Shown here piece by piece: positions 45,470 through 54,974 of a stretch of DNA of 64,000 nucleotides. This DNA comes from an uncultured Acidimicrobiia bacterium (GTDB lineage: Bacteria; Actinomycetota; Acidimicrobiia; Spongiisociales; UBA5794). Both the position numbers and the translations under genes were made by a program. Where the stretch lies: positions 373,495 to 437,494 of the forward strand of contig CAWBYA010000008.1 in the NCBI GenBank assembly GCA_963792895.1, read 5' to 3'. Each line of letters begins with the position of its first letter. Position 1 is the stretch's first letter. Under the pieces are notes generated by a model. That model ran no database searches. It was given only the letters and a program-made list of their open reading frames with translations, and had not been told where the DNA came from.

Positions 45470-45880
45470 GTGCCGGCGCGAGTACCCTGGCGGCTCGTGG
45501 AGCCATTCCCTCAGCCGACACTGGTTCGCGCGCTCCTCAGGGGAGCCGTTGGCCGCTGTCCACGCTGCGGTTCCGGCCACATCTTCCGCTATTGGGTCAC
45601 GATGGTCGACGACTGCCCGCGGTGCGGGATGCACTTCGAGCGGAGCCAGGGTTACTGGTTGGGCTCGATGCTCATCAACAGCGCGGTCACGATGGGAACG
45701 TGGCTGATCGTGTTCGTCGGCATGATGGTCGCCACCTGGCCCGACGTGCCGTGGACGACCGTGTTGATCATTGTCGTTGCGGTGACGGCGCTCGTCCCCG
45801 TGCTGTTTCACCCCCTAGCCCGGACGCTGTGGGTAGCGCTCGAACGGCACGTTCGCGCCCGCAGCGAGCCGTACGCCTGA
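45470..45880 (+). CDS. DUF983-family zinc-ribbon membrane protein
   Basis: CPRCGSGHIF...CPRCGMHFE followed by two TM helices; GTG start at 45470 (or 45497). Confidence 0.5.
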   Translation: MPARVPWRLVEPFPQPTLVRALLRGAVGRCPRCGSGHIFRYWVTMVDDCPRCGMHFERSQGYWLGSMLINSAVTMGTWLIVFVGMMVATWPDVPWTTVLIIVVAVTALVPVLFHPLARTLWVALERHVRARSEPYA

Positions 45881-45924
45881 CGGCACCAGCACGCAAAACG
45901 CCCTCGATGTAGGTTGCCGGGGCC

Positions 45925-47049
45925 ATGGTCGTGGACACGCCCCCTACCCGCCGCCACGAAATCGATGCTCTGCGCGTGACAGCGACGCTGCTCCTGATCT
46001 TGTTTCACACCGGGATGGTGTTCACCGCGTTCGATGCGTTCCACATCCAGAACGCCGAACGAAGCGAACTGATCGGCGAAGTCAACAACTTCATCCACCA
46101 GTGGCATATGCCGCTGTTCTTCCTTCTCGCCGGCATGTCGGCTTGGTATGCCTTCCGGTCCCGCCTCGCGCACGAGTTCCGGTTGGAGCGGCTCAGGCGG
46201 CTTCTCGTACCGCTCGTATCCGGGATGCTCCTGATCATCCCGCCCCAGGTCTACGTGGAGCGCATTGCGACGTGGGTAGGCACTCGAAGGAGCCCAATCG
46301 ACTTCTCCGGCACCTTCTTCGAGTGGTATCCCAACACCTTCCAGTGCTGTTATCCCGATGCGAACCTCTCGTGGCACCACCTGTGGTTCCTCATGTACCT
46401 GTTCCTCTACTCCGTGCTGTTCGCCGGCGTCTTCGCTTGGCTCCGCAACGGAGGCGCTCCCTTTCGGATTCGCGTCACCGCAGTGCTCGCTCGAGGATGG
46501 AACCTGGTCCTGATCCCAGCGGCGTACCTCGGAATCGCCGAGGCCGTGTTGCGGCCATCGTTCCCCAACAACCAGGACCTCGTCACCGATCTCGCCAACC
46601 ATGCCAACTATCCGGTCGTGTTCCTGCTCGGCTTTCTCGTCGTGAGCGATCCGCGACTCGACGACGCCATCAATCGGCTGTGGGTGTGGTCGTTGCCACT
46701 GGGAATCGCAGTGATCGTTCTCCCGGACGTGTCCCGACAGTTCGACGCCGCAACACGTGGTGTTGCCGAGTGGCTGGTGATCGTCGGCCTGGTTGGGCTG
46801 GGTCGCAGGTACGTCACCCGGCCTACCGATTGGATCACTCGGTTCTCCGCCATCTCACTCCCCTTCTACATCTGGCATCAGACCGTGATCATCGTTCTTG
46901 CGTACTTCGTCATCCAGTGGGAGGTCGCAATACTGCCCAAGTACGCAACGATCGCGACGCTGGCGTTTCTCATCACCTGGGCACTCTCCGAGGCCGTCGC
47001 ACGCACCAACCCCACTCGGGCGCTGTTCGGCCTTCGACCTCGCGTGTAG
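45925..47049 (+). CDS. acyltransferase-3 family membrane protein
   Basis: 374 aa, about 10 TM helices, N-terminal EIDALRVTATLLLILFHTG motif. Confidence 0.7.
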   Translation: MVVDTPPTRRHEIDALRVTATLLLILFHTGMVFTAFDAFHIQNAERSELIGEVNNFIHQWHMPLFFLLAGMSAWYAFRSRLAHEFRLERLRRLLVPLVSGMLLIIPPQVYVERIATWVGTRRSPIDFSGTFFEWYPNTFQCCYPDANLSWHHLWFLMYLFLYSVLFAGVFAWLRNGGAPFRIRVTAVLARGWNLVLIPAAYLGIAEAVLRPSFPNNQDLVTDLANHANYPVVFLLGFLVVSDPRLDDAINRLWVWSLPLGIAVIVLPDVSRQFDAATRGVAEWLVIVGLVGLGRRYVTRPTDWITRFSAISLPFYIWHQTVIIVLAYFVIQWEVAILPKYATIATLAFLITWALSEAVARTNPTRALFGLRPRV

Positions 47050-47110
47050 CCGCCCGGCGTCGCCTCCGGCACCCGTCGATCGATCCCAGAGCGGCGGCTA
47101 CGCTCGCCCG

Positions 47111-49871
47111 ATGCCAGACGAAGAGCGCATCGAGCGCGACACCCGGCTCAGAGCGGACATCCGCCTCCTCGGCAACCTCTTGGGTGAGACCCTCGTTCGC
47201 CAGGAGGGCGCCGGCCTGCTCGAGCTCGTCGAAGACGTGCGAGCGCTCACGAAACGCATCCGGGGTGGGACAGACGACGACCGAGACGCCGCCGATGAAC
47301 TGACCCAGCTCCTCGCGCAACTCGATCTCGAGACGACGATCCAACTCGTCCGCGCCTTCTCGGCGTTCTTCTATCTCGCCAACGTGGCCGAGCAAACCCA
47401 CCGCCTCGATGAGGAGGGGGCCCGTTCGGGCCAGCGCGGCTGGCTCGCAGCGACCGTCGACCGTGTTCTTGCTGCCGACATGCCGGCGGAGATCCTGAGC
47501 GCCGTCGCCACCAGGCTGGAGTTGCGCCCCGTGTTCACGGCACACCCCACCGAGGCCGCCCGCCGCTCGATCCTCACCAAGACGGACCGGGTGGCAGATC
47601 TCCTCGAGCTCCGCGCCGACCCACGCCTCACAGACAGCGACCGCGACCGGATCGACCGGCGCCTCGCCGAGGTCGTCGATCTGATTTGGCAGACCGACGA
47701 GCTGCGTCGGGAGCGCCCCACCCCGATCGACGAGGCTCGCTCGGTGATGTATTACTTCGACGAGATCTTCCGCGAGGTCGCTGCCGAGCTGTTCGACGAG
47801 CTCGATCATCAGCTCGGCCGGCTCGGTATCGAGCTTCCGTCGACCAGCCGACCGCTCCACTTCGGCACCTGGGTCGGGGGCGACCGTGATGGCAACCCGA
47901 ACGTGACACCCGACGTGACGATGCGGGTGCTCCAGATGCAGCACGATCATGCGCTGCGCGAGCTCATCGCCGCCGTCGAGCAGCTGGCAACCGACCTCAG
48001 CTCGTCCGACCGGATCACACCCATCACCGACGAGCTGGAGATGTCGCTGGCGGGGGACGCCCGCGACCTGCCGTCGACCTACGAGGTCTTCTCCGACCTC
48101 TCCGCCGGCGAGGCCTACCGGCAGAAGTGCGCGTACGTCCACCAGCGCCTCATCAACACGCGACAGCGGCTCGCAGACGAGACCCCGCATCATCCGGGTC
48201 GGGACTACGGATCCGCCGACGCGCTGCTCGACGACCTGGCCGTGATGCGGCGGTCGCTCCTTGCTCATCACGGCGAGCTCATCGCACGTGGCTCGCTGGA
48301 TCGTCTCATCCGCCGTGTCGCCACGTTCGGGTTCCGGCTCGCCACGATGGATGTGAGGGAGCACGCGACAGCCCATCACGCTGCGATCAGCCAGCTCTAC
48401 GCCAGGCTCGACGTCGCCTACCCCGCCGACCCGGCCGAACGCACGGCGGTGCTGGCAGCGGAGCTGGAGAGCCGTCGTCCGCTGGCATCGCTCACGACTC
48501 GCCTCGACGACGGTCCGGCTCGTACCGTCGAGACCTTCCACACCGATCCGCAAAGCCCTCGACCACTTCGGCCCAGACACCATCGAGAGCTACATCGTGT
48601 CCGAGACCCGCGGCCCCGAGGACATCCTCTCCCCCGCCGTCCTCGCCAGGGATGCGGGCCTGATCGACCTCCACACCGGTGTGGCGCGCATCGGCTTCGT
48701 TCCACTCTTCGAGACGATCGACGAAGTGCGTGACGCCGGCGACCTCCTCGACGAGATGCTGACATGTGCGCCCTACCGAGAGATCGTGCGGCTGCGCGGC
48801 GACCTCCAGGAGGTGATGCTCGGCTACTCCGACTCCAACAAGCATGCCGGCATCACGACGTCGCAATGGGAGCTGTACAAGGCGTCTCGGGCGCTCCGCG
48901 ACGTCGCCAGCGGCCACGGCGTCGAGCTGCGCATCTTCCACGGCAGGGGCGGCACGGTTGGGCGGGGTGGCGGCCCGACCGGCGAGGCCATCCTGGCTCA
49001 GCCGTGGGGCACCGTCGACGGCCGGATCAAGATCACCGAGCAGGGCGAGGTCATCGCCGACAAGTACGGCCTCCCCCGCCTCGCCGCCTCCAACCTCGAG
49101 TTGACACTCGCCGCCACTCTGGAGGCGTCGTTGCTGCACCGTACCTCACGCCAGATCGAGCGATGTGCTGGCGAGGTGGGACGAGAGCATGGACGTGGTC
49201 AGCGATGCCGCCTTCGCCGCCTACCGAGGACTCGTCGACCTGCCCGACCTCGTGCCGTACTTCGTGACCTCGACGCCGGTCGAGGAGCTGGCGGCGATGA
49301 ACATCGGCTCGCGCCCGGCCCGCCGGCCGGGTGGCGGTGCCGACAACGTAGGCCTCGGCGGGATGCGGGCGATTCCGTGGGTATTCGGGTGGACCCAGTC
49401 GCGCCAGATCGTTCCCGGCTGGTTCGGTGTCGGCACCGGCCTGCCGCGCCGCTCGGTCCGCCGGTCTCGACGGCGCCATCGCCCACATGTACGAGCAGTG
49501 GTCGTTCTTCCGCACCTTCATCTCGAATGTGGAGATGACGCTGACCAAGACCGACCTCACGGTGGCAGAGCGATACGTCGAGACGCTCGTCGCCCCCGAG
49601 CACCGCCACGTGTTCGACGTGATCCGTGAGGAGCACGACGCGCACGGTGGCCGAGGTGCTGGCGGTGACGGGCCAGGACGACCTGCTCGACCGCTACCCG
49701 GTGCTGCAGCGCACGCTGCGCATCCGCGACGTCTACATCGACCCGATCTCGTACCTGCAGGCAGCGCTCCTGCAACGATCGCGCTCGGCTGCCGAGGGTG
49801 ACGATTCATTGTCGCGGGCGTTGCTGCTCACCGTCAACGGCTTGGCGGCAGGTCTGCGCAACACCGGGTGA
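47111..49871 (+). pseudogene. ppc: phosphoenolpyruvate carboxylase disrupted by about four frameshifts
   Basis: PEPC hallmarks in order but spread over five frames: a (47111-48550, ...RTVETF), b (48550-49160, [12 protein letters not shown]...[15 protein letters not shown]...[11 protein letters not shown]), e (49165-49450, [10 protein letters not shown]...GWFGVGTGL), c (49450-49640, [31 protein letters not shown]), d (49640-49871, [10 protein letters not shown]...[16 protein letters not shown]). Confidence 0.7.
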
Positions 49872-50029
49872 GGTCCGACCTCTGTGCGCGATGCGGTTCG
49901 ACCCATGAACCAACTGCGCCCGGCCGGCGGTCGGGCGGCGTCGCCATCCCCTGCCCAACCATCGGGCCGGGCCTTGTGTCACGTCAGCGGTCGCCGCAGA
50001 CCCATCCCCTCGTTCGTAGGCTCGGGTTG

Positions 50030-50389
50030 GTGACCACGCTCGATCACGTCCGGTCCGTTGCGCTGACGCTGCCGGGGGCGTTCGAGCAGCCTTCGTATGG
50101 AGGCCGGCCATCGTGGCGGACGAAGTCGCGGATGTTCGCCTGGTTCCGAGACGACCCCGAGGCGCTCGTCGTCTGGGTCGAGACGCCCGAGGAGAAGCTC
50201 GGTCTCATCGCCGGCGAGCCGGAGAAGTTCTTCACGACCGACCACTACGACGGTCTCCCCGTCGTGCTGGTACAGCTCGATGCCATCGATGACGCCGAAG
50301 CCGGCGAGCTGATCGTCGAGTCCTGGCGCCTACGAGCGCCGAAGGGGCTCGTGAGTTCCTGGGACGAACCCAACGCTGCGAGTCGTTGA
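50030..50389 (+). CDS. MmcQ/YjbR-family putative DNA-binding protein
   Basis: 120 aa from GTG 50030; LTLPGAFEQPSYGGRPSWRTKSRMFAWF pattern. Confidence 0.45.
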   Translation: MTTLDHVRSVALTLPGAFEQPSYGGRPSWRTKSRMFAWFRDDPEALVVWVETPEEKLGLIAGEPEKFFTTDHYDGLPVVLVQLDAIDDAEAGELIVESWRLRAPKGLVSSWDEPNAASR

Positions 50390-50416
50390 CATCACGGCGG
50401 CGGGGTTGCGTATGCG

Positions 50417-50746
50417 CTACTCCGGCGGGCTCATGTCGACGCACGTGTAGACCTGCACTTGACCACCGTGGCTGATATGGGGATGGTTTTCGCAGGCCGC
50501 CGCGGCTGCGTCCAGCGAGTCGGCCGTGATGACCGTGTAGCCCGTCGCTGGGTTGTCACCGAGCGGACCGTCTTCGATACCGCTGCCGCTCATGTGTTTG
50601 GCATCGGCGAAGGGAGAACCACCGTCGACGATCGAGGCACCCATCTTGTCGTACCAAACGCCCCACTCACCCATGATCCGCTGCTGTTCCTCGGGGCTCG
50701 CTCCCATGCCCCCGCCACCGGTGTAGATCACCATGAACTTCGCCAT
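50417..50746 (-). CDS. YciI-like (Dabb/stress-response) small protein
   Basis: 109 aa, MAKFMVIYTGG N-terminus and His-containing core typical of YCII-related domain. Confidence 0.5.
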   Translation of the reverse strand: MAKFMVIYTGGGGMGASPEEQQRIMGEWGVWYDKMGASIVDGGSPFADAKHMSGSGIEDGPLGDNPATGYTVITADSLDAAAAACENHPHISHGGQVQVYTCVDMSPPE

Positions 50747-50886
50747 CGCCGGCTCCTCGCTCGTCGCTGGGTGCCGACACTACCGATCGTGGCGGAGCCG
50801 TGACGAGGGCCGGCGATCTCCCCGGCCCCGCGCCGGTTGGCACGGAAAGCGGCCCTCAGGGAAGGGCAGGCCGATACCATCACCCA

Positions 50887-51598
50887 ATGACCGCTCGACC
50901 CCATGTGGGCACGTTGCGCGAGAAGCCGCTGCATGCGGCGCTGAAGCGCTGGTATGCCGAGCAGGGAGATCGCATCGAGGAGCCGGTCGACGGGTTTCGT
51001 CATCGACCTCGTCCGCGAAGAGATGCTCATCGAGATCCAGACGCGCGGCTTCTCCTCGATGAAGCCCAAGCTGCACAACCTGCTGCAACGGCATTCCGTG
51101 CATCTCGTGTACCCGATCCCGCTCGAGAAGTGGATCGTGAAGATCGACGACAGCGGGGCGGTCATGTCCCGGCGGAGATCGCCCAAGCGAGGTGCAGTGG
51201 TAGACGTCTTCGCCGAGCTGGTGAGCTTCCCTGAGCTCCTCGCCCATCCGAACTTCACGCTGGAGGTGCTGCTCATCCAAGAGGAAGAGGTGCGCAGGTT
51301 CGACCCAAGCAAGGCATGGCGCCGCAAGGGCTGGGTGGTCGTCGAGCGCCGGCTGCTCGACGTCGTCGATCTCCTCGTGGTCGAATCACCGCACGCCCTC
51401 GTCTCGCTGCTGCCGACCGAAGTGCCTCGGGAGTTCACGACTGCCGACCTCGCGGCGGAGCTCAGCTGCCACCGCCGCTTGGCGCAACAGATGACCTACT
51501 GCCTGCGCCGCACGGGCGTCATCGAGATGGTCGGCAAGGAGGGGAACGCCATCATGTATGCCCGCATCGATGACGCCGACTGGCCGGAAACGACGTAG
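50887..51598 (+). CDS. hypothetical protein (nuclease-fold-like N-terminus plus winged-helix-like C-terminus), interrupted by a single-T insertion
   Basis: frame 1 MTARPHVGTLREKPLHAALKRWYAEQGDRIEEPVDGF continues in frame 2 VIDLVREEMLIEIQTRGF...; joining requires removing one T from run ttt at about 50994; C-terminal MTYCLRRTGVIEMVGKEGNAIMY resembles wHTH. Confidence 0.45.
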
Positions 51599-51610
51599 GA
51601 ATCTGGAGCC

Positions 51611-51973
51611 TCAACGGCCTCGCATGTCGAAGAACTCGCGAACCTCGATCGGGGCATTGATCGCATCCACCACCTTGCCGGCCCACGTCAGCGCCGCATC
51701 ACGATCATCTGCCTCGATGACATAGAAGCCGCCGATCTGCTCCTTCGACTCGGCAAACGGACCGTCGGTCACGACCAGGTCGCCGCCGGTTCTTCGGACG
51801 ACGGCCGCCGCATCGGGGCCATGCAGCCCGCCGGTGAACACGAACGCACCGCTCGCCCTCATCTCGGCCTCGAGGGCGTTGATGCGTTGCATGAAGACTT
51901 CCCTCTCCTCGGGCGACGCCGGCCCGCGGCTCTCCCCCTCGACCATGTGAACGGACAGCAGATACTGGCTCAT
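51611..51973 (-). CDS. YciI-like/DGPF-domain small protein
   Basis: 120 aa from atg 51971-51973; GPFAESKEQIGGFYVIEADDRDAALTWA. Confidence 0.5.
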   Translation of the reverse strand: MSQYLLSVHMVEGESRGPASPEEREVFMQRINALEAEMRASGAFVFTGGLHGPDAAAVVRRTGGDLVVTDGPFAESKEQIGGFYVIEADDRDAALTWAGKVVDAINAPIEVREFFDMRGR

Positions 51974-52107
51974 GTGTGCTCCTCTTGCTCGTGCGGGCAT
52001 TCCGTGCTCACCCACCCTACGAATGGGATGCGCTCGCGACGACATCATCGGCGAGATAGCAACAGCCGACATGGTCGGTCGGACCGGAGTCTCGGCCCCG
52101 AGGCTCG

Positions 52108-54920
52108 TCACTCCAGCTCGGCGTAGTAGTTCGTCAGCACCTCCTCAGGTGTGAGCACTCGGTCGTAGACGGCCGCCCCGAAGAACGTTCCGAGCCAGTG
52201 CGCGCCGCCGCCGCCGTCGGCGAGCGAGAGAATGACGTCACCGGCTGCGGGTGTGCCCCACGATCCCGTGAAGCGCTCTTGCGCAAGCATCGATCCATCG
52301 ACGTAGAGGCGCAGCTGCGCATTCTCGATGTCGACGCTGCATGCCACATGGAGCCGCCCGGGTTCGTCTGCGATCACCGACCTCACGGCTTCCATTGCCC
52401 GTCGACGGCGCATCGTCAGCTCGACCGCCCCGACGAGACCGATCTCGTCGAAGGCGAGCGTCAGGTGAGGACCGAGCGAGTCGGCCACGGTCACCGTCCT
52501 GGCCGAGGTGCGCCGGAACACCATTCCCGGGCTCGGAGTGACCATTGCCTCGAGTGTGCCACCGCCGTTGGCCACCATCGCCTCGAGGATCCACGCGCGC
52601 AGAACCCTCAGCCGACAGGGTGCTCGGGCCCACGAGCTCGAGACCGCCACCGGACCACGCAACGGCGCTCGGGTCCGTGATCTCCAGGTCGAGTGCCGAC
52701 GCTCCCGGCGCCCGGTCGTGAACGACCGAACCAGCACCCTCATCGAAGGCGTAGTGGGCAACCAGTCCATGGGAGACGTGCGGCGGCCGGAGTGCGTGCA
52801 CGACGACGCTATCGAAAGACTCGGCGGCACCGTCGTCGGCGACGATCGTGAGCGTGTAGTCGCCGGGTCTCGTGAACCGGGCACGAGTGAGATCGGACGA
52901 GGCGTCATCGAAGCTGGTATTCCCCGGGCCGTCTTCCTGACGCCACCGAAGCGTGACGCGACCCGGCGAATGTGGGAGCCCGTCGTCGCCGACCGTTGCG
53001 TCGAGCACGGCCGGATTCGGCAAGACAACCGACCGTTCCGGCCCCGCATCGACGGTCGGCCGCTGGTTGACGGTGAACGTGACCATCTCCGCCGAGCTGA
53101 GGTAGCCGTTCCCGACGGTGAGTTCGAAGACGTAGTCGCCGTTCCGCTCGACCGTTGCCGTCGCCGTCAACCCGTTCGGCGAATCGATGACCGGCTCCGA
53201 TGGGCCGGACACATACCGCCAGGTCGTGGTCACCGGAGCTCCCGGGTCTCCGAGCGCCGGGTCGATGATCGTTCCCGCCAGCGATATCGCTGCGCTACCG
53301 CTGGAGTCGAGCGTGACGATCTGCGGCGCGTCCGTCGTGATCTGCGGAGTGCCGAACGCTGCGACGTACACGTCCGCGCTCGCCACGAAGGCTGTCGAGA
53401 GCTCCACCCCGGTAGACGTCGGCATCTTCCGTGCGGTCGCGCAGCCGGCCGTTGACGTACGTGCGCAAGGTCGACCCATCGAACGAGATAGCAAGGTGGT
53501 TCCAGCTATCCAGGGTCAGGACTCGCGACGAGCGGTGCTCGACCCAGGTTCCGTCAGCGCCGAAGCCGATCCGAAGCGCGTTCATGTCCTCGATCCACAC
53601 GGACGGCGGCGAGTTGTTGGTGCGGCGCGCTCCGGCGATGGTCTTGCCGGCGCCGATCAACCGCTGCGGCTTGACGGCGTGCTCGCCCTCGGGCCGCCTC
53701 GGGAAGATCCAGGCCTCGATCGAGAATGCGCCTTCCAACGACACGCCGCCGTCGAGAGCGATCTTCGTCTGCCCCGAGAACTCCAGCGCAGTCTCGGCGT
53801 GCCCGGTCGACTCGACGAAGGGGATCAGGTCTTCTCCGGTGAACGGGTCCTTCCCTGGCCGCGCCTCGAACACGTCGCCGCGGTGCGCGGGGTCTGGGCT
53901 CGTGTAGAACTGCGTGCCGCGTGGGTTGAAGAGGCCATCCGCGGCGCGCTCGAGGCTGTAGGAATCGATGCGGCCGGTGCGTGCGTTGTGGGTGAGGATC
54001 TGCCAGCGCTGCATCCCAGCAACCTGGGTCGGAACCAACAGCACGGTGAATCGGCCATCGCGGAGCTGATTGACGAACGACAGCTCGAGCGTCGGCTCGA
54101 TGAAGGGGTTGCCGTCCAGATCGCGGTCACCGAGACCATCCCGGCGGCTTTGCGGCCGGCTCTTGCTCCGGCTCCGCTGGAAGCGGACCTCCCGCACACT
54201 GGTCAACTCGTTGCCGGAAAGCAGGAAGCGATCCACGAGCAGCGTCGAATCGACCAGCGGCACGGCCACGCCCGCGGCGTCTGTCACGAGATCACCGTCC
54301 GGCGTCGTCTTGGCCAAGGCGCTCGGTGAGTCGGCTGCGATGGCCTGGCGGAAGACGTAGATGTGCTGCCCATCCGACATTGCCTCGAAGGGCTGCACCG
54401 CGGTGAACCGTGCGGTCGTCGACAGGAACTCGTCGCGATCAGGGGCCGCCAGTCTCACCCCGGCGGGCTCAGCGACGGTCGAGCCCCTCTTGTAGGTAGG
54501 AACGGTGGTCTGGTCGACGATGCCGTAGCCGACCTGTGCGATCTCAGTGGGGAAGCTCAACAGCAGCGGCGTCGGGCTCCAACCATCCACGTCGCGCGAC
54601 GGGGCGGCGGACCCATTCGTCGACGCCTGAGCAGCGGCGGCCGCGGCATCCAGCACGGAGTAGTAGATGCTCGGTCGGCCGTTTGGCTCCACAGCAAGAG
54701 CAAACGATACGACGCGCCCTTGGTGGCGCACCATGGTCGTGAACCGGAAGTCGCGCTGCGAGTAGCGCTTGACGAATGAGTCGAGCATACGTTCAGAACC
54801 CCCAGGTCCGGGCGTCAGGCCTTCTGGATTGTGTGCCTGGTCCCGTCTCCCCCGAGATCCCGAACGCGCCAGCGCCTCCGACTCTATAGAAGCGGGAAGG
54901 CGCATGACGGCTCGAGACAC
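52108..54920 (-). CDS. large (about 930 aa) LamG(ConA-like)/PKD-domain protein, reading frame broken twice
   Basis: three consecutive minus-strand ORFs (54920-53295, 53494-52238, 53049-52108) carry in order: unknown N-terminal domain, LamG-like (WNHLAISFDGSTLRTYVNGRL), PKD/Ig-like (TATATVERNGDYVFELTVGNG), second LamG-like (LVAHYAFDEGAGSVVHD...LRLYVDGSMLAQ...AVYDRVLTPEEV); no signal peptide. Confidence 0.5.
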
Positions 54921-54974
54921 AAGACGATGGCCGTGCGGTCGCAGCCGGTCGCCGCACCAGCCGAAGCGGTCACC

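Noticed and set aside
43184-45880. 898-aa plus-strand ORF
   Set aside because: Runs antisense across the whole of serA. Low-complexity Arg/Gly/His-rich translation typical of GC-rich antisense frames. Only its last about 135 codons (DUF983 protein) look real.
46973-48583. 536-aa minus-strand ORF
   Set aside because: Antisense to ppc.
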